Positions 10,021 through 19,381 of a DNA stretch of 64,000 nucleotides are shown here, one piece after another. Within the stretch, counting starts at the first letter, position 1, and each line of letters opens with the position of its first letter. The translations under genes were made by a program, and so were the position numbers. The DNA is from Armatimonadota bacterium. GTDB lineage: Bacteria; Armatimonadota; UBA5829; DTLH01. The notes beneath the pieces are model-generated. The model was not told the origin of the DNA. It saw only the letters and a list, made by a program, of their open reading frames with translations, and did no database searches. The stretch lies in assembly GCA_039679675.1 (NCBI GenBank), contig JBDKUN010000022.1, positions 11,403 to 75,402 on the forward strand, given 5' to 3'.

Positions 10021-10323
10021 TCATCCCTTCATCGAGTTGAGATCGTCGATGTTTATGTCTCCGCTCAACCGGAAGATCGATACGATTATTCCAAGGCCTA
10101 CGGCGACCTCTGCAGCCGCAACCGTCAGGATTATGAACACAAAAATATGCCCATCGAGCGTTCGTTGATACCTTGAAAAAGTGATAAATGCCAGATTAGC
10201 CGCGTTCAGCATCAGTTCGATGGACATAAACATAATGATCGGATTGCGGCGGATGAGAACGCCGAGCGCGCCTATCACAAAGAGCGCAGCGGACAAAATC
10301 AGGTAATAATAAGCCGGAAGCAT
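10021..10323 (-). CDS. nuoK: NADH-quinone oxidoreductase subunit K
   Basis: [26 protein letters not shown]; start moved to ATG 10323 after GAGG. Confidence 0.93.
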   Translation of the reverse strand: MLPAYYYLILSAALFVIGALGVLIRRNPIIMFMSIELMLNAANLAFITFSRYQRTLDGHIFVFIILTVAAAEVAVGLGIIVSIFRLSGDINIDDLNSMKG

Positions 10324-10327
10324 AACC

Positions 10328-10840
10328 TCAGCGCCTCCTCTTCGCAAGCACAATCGAGCCGACCATCGCAATAAGAAGCAGTATACTTGTCGCCTCGAAC
10401 GGCAGCAGGTAATCTGTATATAAAAGCCTCCCAATCGGTGCGGATGTGCCGAAATTTACCGGCAATGGCCCACCCTTGGGGACAGTCTTAAACGCTCCGG
10501 TCAAAAGAGCGGCTGCTGCAAGCAATAGAAGAACCATTCCGAATATAACGGCCAGCCATTTCTGAGCCGGAAGCTCGTCCCGCACGTCTTCGATTGCACC
10601 GGTCATGTTGAGGAGCATCACAGCGAACAGGAAAAGCACCATAATCGCTCCGGCATAGATCAACACCTGAATGAATGCGATGAACTGAGCAGAAAGGACA
10701 AGATAGAACATCGCAAGCGTGAAAAAGTTGACGACAAGGAGCAAAACGGCATATATGGGGTTCTTCGAAAGCACAACTGCCACCGCCGTTCCTACAGAAA
10801 CCACTCCAAGAATGATGAATATTATCAGTTCGGTAAGCAT
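10328..10840 (-). CDS. nuoJ: NADH-quinone oxidoreductase subunit J
   Basis: [28 protein letters not shown]. Confidence 0.95.
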   Translation of the reverse strand: MLTELIIFIILGVVSVGTAVAVVLSKNPIYAVLLLVVNFFTLAMFYLVLSAQFIAFIQVLIYAGAIMVLFLFAVMLLNMTGAIEDVRDELPAQKWLAVIFGMVLLLLAAAALLTGAFKTVPKGGPLPVNFGTSAPIGRLLYTDYLLPFEATSILLLIAMVGSIVLAKRRR

Positions 10841-10860
10841 TTTTCAGTCATTAGTAGAGA

Positions 10861-11015
10861 CGTCACCCTAAACAACAATTACGTCACCCTGAACTTGATT
10901 CAGGGTCCATTGTTTTCCTGGATGCTGAGCCAAGCTCAGCATGACGTATTTCCCATAACCCATGCTTCGGGACCGCAGTTACCCCATGGACCTACCGGAC
11001 CACGGGGAGAAGCAC
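10861..11015. repeat. Inverted REP-like pair plus CCCCRTGG..CCACGGGG hairpin at the usual nuoI position
   Basis: CGTCACCCTGAACTTGATTCAGGGTCC 10882-10908, inverted variant 10920-10946, hairpin 10981-11015. Confidence 0.85.
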
Positions 11016-11034
11016 AACTCTCCACCAGTAACCC

Positions 11035-12195
11035 CTAAATCCTCTCTCCCGCCATCCTGCGCCTTATTCCTCTTCTGAAGAGGTATGAAGAGACAAAGAA
11101 TCCGGCTATCGTCAAAACCACACTCACTATGCTGAGCATCAGAACGGACCTGTTCGGGAAGAACGCTATTACTAAAGCCGTGATACCTGCGTTCAGCAGC
11201 GCCACCGGAAGCGATATCTTCCACCCAAGCCCCATCAACTGGTCAAAACGGACTCTGGGCCACGTCCCCCGGACCCAGATAAATGTATAAAGGAATAGCA
11301 TCAGCTTGAGCACAAACCATACCGGCTGAAGCCACACAATGTTTGTAAAGAGCCTGTAGCCACCTAAAAAGAAGGTCACAGCTATTGCGCTGATTGTCAC
11401 CATACCCAGATACTCAGCCATAAAAAACATCGCAAACCTGAAGCTGGAATACTCCGTGTGATACCCTCCGATCAGTTCCTGCTCGGCTTCAGGCAGATCG
11501 AAGGGCGCCCGGTTGACTTCTGCCGTTCCTGATACAAGGAAAATCACAAACGCTAAAAGCTGAGGGATGATGAACCATATCCCTGCTGCGCCCTGCGCGT
11601 TTATGACTCCGTTCAACCTAAGCGTTCCGGCAAGTATCAACGGCCCGATAAGCGCGACCCCGAGCGGAAGCTCGTAAGAGAGCATCTGTGCCGACGAACG
11701 CATACCACCGAGAAGCGAATATTTATTCGCCGATGACCATCCGGCGATTACAATCCCGTAGACGCCGAGTGCTGACAGTGCGAGCACCAAAAGTATTCCT
11801 GCATCGAGTTCAGGGACATAAAACCCACTTGGCCCGTGATACTCTCCCATAATCTGAAGCGTAAAACTCCGTCCGGCAATCGTCAGCATCCCGCCGATGG
11901 GGATTACCGCGATAGCCAGAAGCGCGGGGACCATCAGCATCGCAGGTGCGAGAGTGTAGAGCCACCTATCAGCCCGTTCGGGCGTAATGTCCTCCTTCAA
12001 TAGGAGTTTTAGGGCATCGGCTATCGGCTGCAAAATGCCGAATGGCCCTACTCTGTTCGGCCCGATACGCACCTGGATGTCTGCGATCACTTTCCGCTCT
12101 AGCCAGATCATAAACGGGACCATCAGCATCCAGAGCGTGAAGACCACAACCACCAATATCAGTTTTACAATTATGTAGATAACTATTTCAGGCAT
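11035..12195 (-). CDS. nuoH: NADH-quinone oxidoreductase subunit H
   Basis: ERKVIADIQVRIGPNRVGPFG, NRAPFDLPEAEQELIGGYHTEYS. Confidence 0.97.
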   Translation of the reverse strand: MPEIVIYIIVKLILVVVVFTLWMLMVPFMIWLERKVIADIQVRIGPNRVGPFGILQPIADALKLLLKEDITPERADRWLYTLAPAMLMVPALLAIAVIPIGGMLTIAGRSFTLQIMGEYHGPSGFYVPELDAGILLVLALSALGVYGIVIAGWSSANKYSLLGGMRSSAQMLSYELPLGVALIGPLILAGTLRLNGVINAQGAAGIWFIIPQLLAFVIFLVSGTAEVNRAPFDLPEAEQELIGGYHTEYSSFRFAMFFMAEYLGMVTISAIAVTFFLGGYRLFTNIVWLQPVWFVLKLMLFLYTFIWVRGTWPRVRFDQLMGLGWKISLPVALLNAGITALVIAFFPNRSVLMLSIVSVVLTIAGFFVSSYLFRRGIRRRMAGERI

Positions 12196-12208
12196 TTTCT
12201 AAATAGAT

Positions 12209-12525
12209 GTAGTGGCCGGTCTCCGCGCCGGCCATCAACCCCGTGGACTCACCGAACCACGGGGAGCACCGCAGGTGACGGATAATCTAGGGTATGCTTC
12301 GGCGCGTATTTTACGCCGAAGCCGGATTATCGAACTGGTGGAAAATGTGCTTCGGGAAGAAAAGAATCCTGAAGCATAGAATAGGAACCCTGAATCACGT
12401 CACCCTGAACTTGATTCAGGGTCCATTTTTCATCCTGGATTCCGAGTCTATGGATTTTCGGCTATGGCCGAAAATCTTCCGGGAGAGTTTCCGATACTAC
12501 CGGAAACTCCTTAGCTCGGAATGAC
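12209..12525. repeat. REP-like cluster at the usual nuoG position, with one nested element
   Basis: GTAGTGGCCGGTCTCCGCGCCGGCC, CCCCGTGG..CCACGGGG, GCTTCGGCG..CGCCGAAGC, CGTCACCCTGAACTTGATTCAGGGTCC 12398-12424, split unit 12437-12525. Confidence 0.85.
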
Positions 12526-12528
12526 CTA

Positions 12529-13806
12529 TTACCCATGACCTTCCCACCCTCCAAAAGGACATTTGCCTTCCTTAATGTGTGCTTCGTACTCGTCTCGGAA
12601 ATACTTTATACTCGATACGACCGGCTGGGCTGATGCGTCACCGAGCCCGCAAAAGCTCCGCCCGTCAATGTTCTTCGCCACATCGACCAATCTGTCGATA
12701 TAACCGATCTTACCCGTTCCTTCTTCTATGCTTTCGAGCATTTCTCTCATCCAGAGCGTGCCTTCTCTGCAGGGAGTGCATTTCCCGCAGGACTCATGCT
12801 CATAAAACTTCGCCATGTTCCATGTGGCGCGCACGATGCAGGTGTCCTCGTTTAGAACCATAAACCCCGCGGAGCCGAGCATCGAACCGGCCGCCTGGAG
12901 CGTTTCATATGCCAACTGTACATCCAGATGCTCTTCGGTCAGCATAGGAACGGATGACCCGCCGGGGATAAACGCTTTCACGCGCTTTCCACCCGGTATC
13001 CCGCCTGCATGCTCGAATATCAGCTCGCGGGCAGTTACGCCCATAGGCAGTTCGTAGTTGCCTGGCTTATTGACATGCCCGCTCACGCTGAATATTTTCG
13101 TTCCGGGGCTCTTCTCCGTCCCGATTTTCGTGAACCACTCGGCACCGTTATTGATGATATGCGGGACATTTGCGAGGGTTTCGACGTTATTGATGACTGT
13201 AGGCCCGGCATAAAGCCCTTTGATCGCCGGAAACGGCGGCCTTAACCTCGGTTCGCCTCTTTGTCCTTCAAGCGAGTTCAAAAGCGCCGACTCCTCACCG
13301 GCGATGTATGCCCCTGCGCCCCTGTACATCTGTATCTGAACATTAAACCCGGACCCTAAGATATTCTCGCCGATGTATCCACGGTCGCGAGCCTCAGAAA
13401 GAGCCTGCTCCATTTTTCTCAGGGGCTCTACATACTCGCCGCGAATATATATGAACGCCCGCTCTGCGCTGATTGCATAGCAGCAGATGATCATCCCCTC
13501 GATAAGCTGGTGAGGATTCCTGAGCATAAGTTCACGGTCTTTGAATGTGCCCGGTTCGCTCTCATCGGCGTTGCAGCAGAGATATTTCTTCAGGTTCGGG
13601 TCCTTCGGAATATACTCCCACTTCTTCCCGGTGGGGAAACCCGCGCCGCCGCGTCCCCTCAAGCCCGATTTCGTGACGACATCTGTCACCTCTTCAGGCT
13701 TCATCTGCTTGATGGCCTTCTCGAGCGCAGAGTAGCCACCTTCGCGGATGTATACATCAATGTTATCTATGTCAGGCACATCCAGATGCTTGAATAGTAT
13801 CCTCAT
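12529..13806 (-). CDS. nuoF: NADH-quinone oxidoreductase subunit F
   Basis: GLRGRGGAGFPTG, NADESEPGTFKDR, ESCGKCTPCREG, CGLGD. Confidence 0.97.
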   Translation of the reverse strand: MRILFKHLDVPDIDNIDVYIREGGYSALEKAIKQMKPEEVTDVVTKSGLRGRGGAGFPTGKKWEYIPKDPNLKKYLCCNADESEPGTFKDRELMLRNPHQLIEGMIICCYAISAERAFIYIRGEYVEPLRKMEQALSEARDRGYIGENILGSGFNVQIQMYRGAGAYIAGEESALLNSLEGQRGEPRLRPPFPAIKGLYAGPTVINNVETLANVPHIINNGAEWFTKIGTEKSPGTKIFSVSGHVNKPGNYELPMGVTARELIFEHAGGIPGGKRVKAFIPGGSSVPMLTEEHLDVQLAYETLQAAGSMLGSAGFMVLNEDTCIVRATWNMAKFYEHESCGKCTPCREGTLWMREMLESIEEGTGKIGYIDRLVDVAKNIDGRSFCGLGDASAQPVVSSIKYFRDEYEAHIKEGKCPFGGWEGHG

Positions 13807-14288
13807 CCGCTCTCTCCGGCCTTTCTTCTGAGCTCATCCAGGATGCCGTCGAGCTTTTCCGGCGTCAAATTGTCGTAATATGCGTCGCCGACCATCATAA
13901 CGGGGGCGTTTCCGCAGTCCCCCAGGCATTGAACTGCTCTCAGCGTGAACATCCCGTCCGGCGTAGTCTCATCGACCTTGATTCCAAGCTTTTTGTACAA
14001 ATAATCGATCAGATGCTCCGCGCCCAGGAGTGAACAGGTGAGTGTCGTGCAAACATCCAGCCTGTACTTACCGGCTGGCTGCTTCTGGAACAACGTGTAA
14101 AAGGTCGCTACTGCCTCGACGTCGGTGTAAGGCATCCCCAAGAGTTCGGCGATTTCCTGCATGCCGTCTTCGGCCACAAAACCCTCCTCGTTTTGGACCA
14201 CATAGAGAGCATTCAAGATAGCCGATTTGGCTGAGGGGAATCTCTTTGCGTTCTCTTCTATTTGGGCTCTCGATTCTTGCGACAGCAT
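13803..14288 (-). CDS. nuoE: NADH-quinone oxidoreductase subunit E
   Basis: 2Fe-2S ligands CTTLTC and CLGDC-x2-AP; VATFY. Confidence 0.95.
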   Translation of the reverse strand: MLSQESRAQIEENAKRFPSAKSAILNALYVVQNEEGFVAEDGMQEIAELLGMPYTDVEAVATFYTLFQKQPAGKYRLDVCTTLTCSLLGAEHLIDYLYKKLGIKVDETTPDGMFTLRAVQCLGDCGNAPVMMVGDAYYDNLTPEKLDGILDELRRKAGESG

Positions 14289-14293
14289 TGCAC

Positions 14294-14668
14294 CTACTCA
14301 CCTATGCATAAGTCGAGCGCGCCCTTCTTCCAGATATATATGTAGCCGATTACAAGGACGCCGAGGAAAACAAGCATTTCGAAGAATAAGAAGACCTTCG
14401 CAGCTCCGGCTGTAAGAAAAATAACAGCCCAGGGATACAAAAAGACGATTTCTATATCGAAGAGTATAAAAAACATCGCGACCAGATAGAACCTGATCTG
14501 GAACCTGCTTTTTGTGGTGCCGATGGGGACCATACCGGACTCATAAGGCTCAAGCTTATCAGCGCTTGGGTGTTTGGGGCCCAGGAGACGTGACAAGAGT
14601 ATCGATACGCCTGCAAACCCGGCCGCGATTATGAAGAGAATGATGAATGGAATATACTGAATAAGCAA
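14294..14668 (-). CDS. nuoA: NADH-quinone oxidoreductase subunit A
   Basis: KLEPYESG, FILFDIEIVFLYPWA, WKKGAL; TTG 14668 follows AGGAGG. Confidence 0.93.
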   Translation of the reverse strand: MLIQYIPFIILFIIAAGFAGVSILLSRLLGPKHPSADKLEPYESGMVPIGTTKSRFQIRFYLVAMFFILFDIEIVFLYPWAVIFLTAGAAKVFLFFEMLVFLGVLVIGYIYIWKKGALDLCIGE

Positions 14669-14785
14669 CCCGCCGGCCTCCTGCAATCGGTATTCCCGCT
14701 TGCAGAAGGGCTTGAAACATGAAGAATCACCTGTTGACGCTCATTGCCGCACAGCTTATACTTTGACATGTGAGGATTGTGATGG

Positions 14786-15685
14786 ATGAACAGTATAGCG
14801 GTCGATAGAGCTGACAAGCGTATCGGGCAGGTATGGGCGCTAAAGAATATCAGCCTGGAAATTCCCAGCGGAGAGATATTCGGCGTCTTCGGACGTTCAG
14901 GCTCAGGTAAATCGACACTTCTCAAGCTGATTGCCGGACTGAACCAGCCGACTGCAGGCACAGTAGTCCTGCAGTCGTCAGGCAGCGATGATCCGGCATG
15001 GCTTGATTCGCAGGTGAGCATCGCGTTTCAGACTCCAGGACTTGCTCCAGAGCTCACAGTCATCGAGAACCTGAGGCTCTTCTCATCGCTCTGGAATACA
15101 CGGCGAAAAGGCAAAATGGGCCGGACCGCGATGTTCCTTGAGCTGCTTGGGCTTTCAAACGTGCGGAACAGGCGCGTTTGCAAGCTTTCAGACGGACACA
15201 AGTGCGCAGCCGAGCTTGCCAGAGCTTTTATCTCCGATGCACGTATCACCGCTATCGACGGGTTGATAGAGCGATTGGACCACCCTACCAGGCGAAAGAC
15301 ATGGGAATACATCCTCGCCAGGAAACGGCAGGGTTCAACGTTTATCATCGCCACATCGTCTGCAAAAGAGGCTTTGCTTTGTGATAAGCTGGCAGTGCTC
15401 TCGCAAGGGAGGCTTGTATTCGCCGGTAAACCCGGAGAACTGCTGAGCGCGGTGCAGAATGAAGTCGTTGTCGTTGAGTCGATACATGGCCCGCTGATCA
15501 ATTCCAAGCTGAGAGACCGTTTTGGCGCAGCAGTGACCGAGCGCAACGGAACAATCGAGATCAAAAGCCCGGATGCGGACTCGGACGCCGCATGGGTGCT
15601 GTCAGAGCTCAAATCAGATGTAGGCTGTGTGTACTTAAGGCAGCCTACGCTGGATGACGCACTCGACAGAATAGAGGGTAGTTAA
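14786..15685 (+). CDS. ABC transporter ATP-binding-like protein with degenerate catalytic motifs
   Basis: Walker A GRSGSGKST; signature LSDGH; Walker B ITAIDG; C-terminal RQPTLDD. Confidence 0.85.
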   Translation: MNSIAVDRADKRIGQVWALKNISLEIPSGEIFGVFGRSGSGKSTLLKLIAGLNQPTAGTVVLQSSGSDDPAWLDSQVSIAFQTPGLAPELTVIENLRLFSSLWNTRRKGKMGRTAMFLELLGLSNVRNRRVCKLSDGHKCAAELARAFISDARITAIDGLIERLDHPTRRKTWEYILARKRQGSTFIIATSSAKEALLCDKLAVLSQGRLVFAGKPGELLSAVQNEVVVVESIHGPLINSKLRDRFGAAVTERNGTIEIKSPDADSDAAWVLSELKSDVGCVYLRQPTLDDALDRIEGS

Positions 15686-16035
15686 TGTCACGGACCGTTG
15701 TACTTGCTTATTGGGAGTTCGTAAGGCTACTCCGCTCCAGAAAGACCGTATTTGCGGCGCTTGCTGTTCCGGTTGCAGGCGTGGCTGTCTGTGTTTCTCA
15801 TCTGGGCAGGGGAAACCTTGCACTCAGGTGCTTCTTCCCTGCCGCTGCCGTACTCTTCACCTGGCTTTTGCTTTATGTTCGATCACTCACGGACCGTTCT
15901 TCAGGATTTTCAGCAGGGATAGACTCGACTCCCGCTGCAGGAGCTGTTTCGTTTATTGCGCGGCTACTGATCGCGCTGGTTATCATTCTGGTTCAGATAG
16001 CCGTCTTTTACGCCGCTATACGAATAATAAATTGA
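15685..16035 (+). CDS. Small membrane protein, short ABC-2 permease-like
   Basis: TAATG coupling to the ATPase; WEFVRLLRS start; three hydrophobic segments. Confidence 0.6.
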   Translation: MSRTVVLAYWEFVRLLRSRKTVFAALAVPVAGVAVCVSHLGRGNLALRCFFPAAAVLFTWLLLYVRSLTDRSSGFSAGIDSTPAAGAVSFIARLLIALVIILVQIAVFYAAIRIIN

Positions 16036-16047
16036 GGAGTATCGAGA

Positions 16048-16515
16048 TTGAAAAATCGTAAGAACATAGTAAATGAAGAACCACTCTGGAAAAAACGGCG
16101 CAGAGAAAGACAAATAGAAGCGCAAAAGTCCAGACGGTGGGTAGCAGTGGTTGTAATTTTGATAGTTGCCGCCCTTGTTCTCATGATTTATGGGATGGTA
16201 CGGGGGCTTCGTCCGTCCAAAGTCAAAAAAGCAGCAGCAGCGCCTAAGCACACCCTTTCGCAGATCGTCGATAAGGAAATAATTCAGCAGAACGGAAAGA
16301 TCGATAGATACGTTGTCTTCCGGGTAATCGGGAAAAAGATGCGTAAGTCCGTAGACCAGAAGACATTCGATTCACTCGAAAAGGGCAAAGAAGTCCTGCT
16401 TACATACGACGAAGATTACATGGGAAACCCCAAAGAAATCCGCGGTTGGAGCCAACCCAAGTTCGTCAAACCGGTCGAAGGCAGCACCTCGTCTTCTGGA
16501 GGTACTAAACGGTGA
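16048..16515 (+). CDS. Single-TM hypothetical protein
   Basis: GAGGAG RBS, basic N-terminus, one TM helix, small beta-rich domain. Confidence 0.7.
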   Translation: MKNRKNIVNEEPLWKKRRRERQIEAQKSRRWVAVVVILIVAALVLMIYGMVRGLRPSKVKKAAAAPKHTLSQIVDKEIIQQNGKIDRYVVFRVIGKKMRKSVDQKTFDSLEKGKEVLLTYDEDYMGNPKEIRGWSQPKFVKPVEGSTSSSGGTKR

Positions 16516-16618
16516 TGTCTGATTGTGATCGTCGGCGAATACATCGGTCTTATTTACGGCAAGGTATGGAATCATCCATTATATAATTAGAGATTCAAAG
16601 CAGAAGAAGGCATCACAA

Positions 16619-17941
16619 GTGAATTACAAGAAGCCGATGCATAAAAATAATACCATGCCATCGACTGCGGCACCGCGGAGTCGCCGTGTCTTCCATCTGC
16701 TCATCGCCTGCTCCGTAGTTTTATCGATAATCCTTGCATACTTCACAACAGGCTTCAAGGGGGATATCAACTGTTTCACCAGCTGGGGGCAATACGGTTT
16801 CACCAACAAGTTATTACACATTTATGACACCCCGCCGAAAGGCATCTTTCTTTATCCTCCGCTGGGAATGTATCTTTGCGTTATAACGAACTACCTGGGC
16901 TCGTTTTTCGGTATAAGCCCAGCATCACAGTTATGGGTCCTGATGCTGAAACTGCTGCCGATAATTGCTACTGCACTTGGAGCATATATCGTTCGGGCGA
17001 TTGTCCGGCAGTATCAAAGCGAAAAGATCGCGTTCTACTGTGCTGTTTTATATGCATTCAACCCGGCTTTGCTTATGAATGGCCCGGTATTCGGCCAGTG
17101 GGAACCGATTCTGTTACTTTGCGTTTTGGGCATGATCTGGTGTATGGTTAACCGCAAGGAGTGGGCAGTCGGTCCTATACTCGCTTTTGCCTTACTGATC
17201 AAACCACTGATCATTATTTCAGTTCCGTTAATAATATATAGCCTGATAGTATACGGCGGTATGCGAAAGTTCATCCTGAGTGTCCTGTGGGGTTGTGTCG
17301 CGTTTTCACTTGTAATTCTCCCATTCATCATAGTCGGCACCGCAGTTCCATTGGCAAAAACACTATTTGCAGCTTCGGATGTCTCTCCAATCAAGTCGAT
17401 TCAAGCTGCCAATTTCTGGTGTCTTTATCAGACACTGGAAACTATCGTAACAGGTACCCCCAACCTATCATCCGGGCATGGCTCTTTTTTGGGAGTAGCC
17501 AGTTGCAAGCTGGTGGGACAATTGGCATATATGGGGTTCTTGTTGTTTATCATGCTGAAGTGGAAGAAACAAAAAAACTTCACGGTGTTGATAGCCGGAT
17601 TCTTCCTCGCATGGTTTGGAGCTTTCCATATTCTGACAGGGATGAGCGCACGTTACATCTTGACTGCTGTAGGCTTTTCGGCACTCTTGCCTATGGTTAA
17701 CCGCCGCTACGCTATCCTGTATTTCGCTGTTTCGGTAATCGCAGCACTGAATATATTGCTGGTTTATCTCTTTAGCCAGCCAGCCGGAGTCGAGTGGCCG
17801 ATTGCAGTGAAGTATGGCAAATGCCTTCTGGCTGTGATCAATTTGCTTTTATTTGGCTTTGCAATCGGGACATTCCTGTCCCACATCAAAAACGATACGG
17901 CGAAAATATCAGATAACCGCGCCAACAAGCTGATGCGGTAG
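16619..17941 (+). CDS. GT-C fold polytopic glycosyltransferase (GT87/PIG-M-like)
   Basis: GD-x3-F-x2-W, YPPL, FNPA-x7-FGQWE, ALLIKP; many TM helices. Confidence 0.75.
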   Translation: MNYKKPMHKNNTMPSTAAPRSRRVFHLLIACSVVLSIILAYFTTGFKGDINCFTSWGQYGFTNKLLHIYDTPPKGIFLYPPLGMYLCVITNYLGSFFGISPASQLWVLMLKLLPIIATALGAYIVRAIVRQYQSEKIAFYCAVLYAFNPALLMNGPVFGQWEPILLLCVLGMIWCMVNRKEWAVGPILAFALLIKPLIIISVPLIIYSLIVYGGMRKFILSVLWGCVAFSLVILPFIIVGTAVPLAKTLFAASDVSPIKSIQAANFWCLYQTLETIVTGTPNLSSGHGSFLGVASCKLVGQLAYMGFLLFIMLKWKKQKNFTVLIAGFFLAWFGAFHILTGMSARYILTAVGFSALLPMVNRRYAILYFAVSVIAALNILLVYLFSQPAGVEWPIAVKYGKCLLAVINLLLFGFAIGTFLSHIKNDTAKISDNRANKLMR

Positions 17942-17953
17942 AAACGGAATATT

Positions 17954-18694
17954 CTACGGCCTGATCTCGACCGTAGTGCCGGGATCTGCGAAGTCGTAGA
18001 CTTCTTCGATGTCCTCGCTTCTCATTGCTATGCAGCCTTGGGTCCAGTCGTTTATGCGCGCTTTGCTGAAATCGCTCGCAAGTTCGCCGATGCCGCCGCC
18101 GTGGATGCATATATAGCTTCCGAGAGCTGTATCTTGGGGAGGAGTCCGCTTTTCACTCAGAGCAGAGGTGATGGAGCTGTACACGGCTTTATCTATAAGC
18201 CCATTTTTGAGCCCATTATCAGCCTCGGCCTTACCAGGGTAGGCTATAAGAAGTGAGAGTTCATAGTTACTTCTGGGATTGCGGGAACAGACATAGTAGA
18301 CACCTTCGGGTGTCTTGCCATCATCCCTTTTAGCTTTAGGCCCTTCAGGCCTGTAGCCAAGCGCTATAAAATATGATTTAACTCGCCTTTTACCAGTGTA
18401 TACATTTAGAGTCCTGCTGGATTTATCTACTACTATCCGGCGATTCATCCGCTTCCAGCCGGATGGGAGAAGCTCCTCAAGGGGTTTCGACTCACGCGAC
18501 GGATCGCCGGGCATCGAAAACACGCAGCTTTCGCGGTCCGGGATGTCACTTGCATTGACAATCTTCGTCCCAGGCCCGCCGTTCTTTCTCGTAAAGTAAT
18601 TCATGTAAACCCAAAACCCGCCTGCAATGGTGAGTATTACAACTGTAACGACCATTAATGCGATCAGAATCCGCTTTGCTGATATGTTGCCCAT
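17954..18694 (-). CDS. L,D-transpeptidase (YkuD family)
   Basis: DGKTPEGVY, ICIHGG, WTQGCI; N-terminal anchor. Confidence 0.9.
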   Translation of the reverse strand: MGNISAKRILIALMVVTVVILTIAGGFWVYMNYFTRKNGGPGTKIVNASDIPDRESCVFSMPGDPSRESKPLEELLPSGWKRMNRRIVVDKSSRTLNVYTGKRRVKSYFIALGYRPEGPKAKRDDGKTPEGVYYVCSRNPRSNYELSLLIAYPGKAEADNGLKNGLIDKAVYSSITSALSEKRTPPQDTALGSYICIHGGGIGELASDFSKARINDWTQGCIAMRSEDIEEVYDFADPGTTVEIRP

Positions 18695-18701
18695 GTTAAG
18701 A

Positions 18702-19259
18702 TTACCTGAAGAACCGCGAGGCTTTTATATGCCGTTCGCAATGGAAAGCAATCGCTTCTTTCATGAAAGCCATTATCTCGCCTTCATCCACATCCTTCGG
18801 ATCGAACACCAGGAGCAGCATCTGGGCTCTATCCCCGCTCTTAAAACTGATCTCGATAGATCTGAGATCGGAAAAGCCTTCAACCGGCATAGGCTGATAC
18901 CAGTTTATATCCGGCCAGTTCAGAGATCCAATCCCTAGATATATGAGATTACGCCTGAGTTCGACTTCGCTCGCGATGTTGATTACCCGGTTGCGGGCAA
19001 TACGAGTGTAAATAATATAAAGCGACAAAAGAAATATCGCTGCGGTCAAGGCAAATAATGGCCAGTTGCCTTCTTTAAAGAGCTGATATGTATACGCTCC
19101 CAAAGTTGCTTCTATAAGGCAACTAACAAACTTTTCTCTAAGGAATTCGGCCCCTTCTTTGGAGACTGCCTCTTTATTAGCATCCAGATAGCGCTTCGGA
19201 GTTTTCCACTTGATAGGTTTCGATAACAAACTATCTGCTGAGGAGGATTTCGTTTCCAA
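18702..19259 (-). CDS. Hypothetical membrane protein
   Basis: GAGG before TTG; two TM segments; 7 nt from next gene. Confidence 0.6.
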   Translation of the reverse strand: METKSSSADSLLSKPIKWKTPKRYLDANKEAVSKEGAEFLREKFVSCLIEATLGAYTYQLFKEGNWPLFALTAAIFLLSLYIIYTRIARNRVINIASEVELRRNLIYLGIGSLNWPDINWYQPMPVEGFSDLRSIEISFKSGDRAQMLLLVFDPKDVDEGEIMAFMKEAIAFHCERHIKASRFFR

Positions 19260-19321
19260 GTATGCACCTCTACCAGTGTCAGTATGGAATACAGTTAGGG
19301 TAATCCCCTTGCATTAAAAGC

Positions 19322-19352
19322 AAAGGCCCCGAAAATTACTTCCGGGGCCTTT
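19322..19352 (-). terminator. Intrinsic terminator after ftsH
   Basis: AAAGGCCCCG..CGGGGCCTTT stem 30 nt after the stop. Confidence 0.75.
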
Positions 19353-19381
19353 ATTTGACCTGTATTATAAGCTATTTGCTC

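Noticed and set aside
12294..12524. 76-aa ORF containing VTLNLIQG (likewise 38630-38821, 6130-6327, 36544-36804)
   Set aside because: Translations of palindromic repeats without a convincing RBS; not nuoG or nuoI
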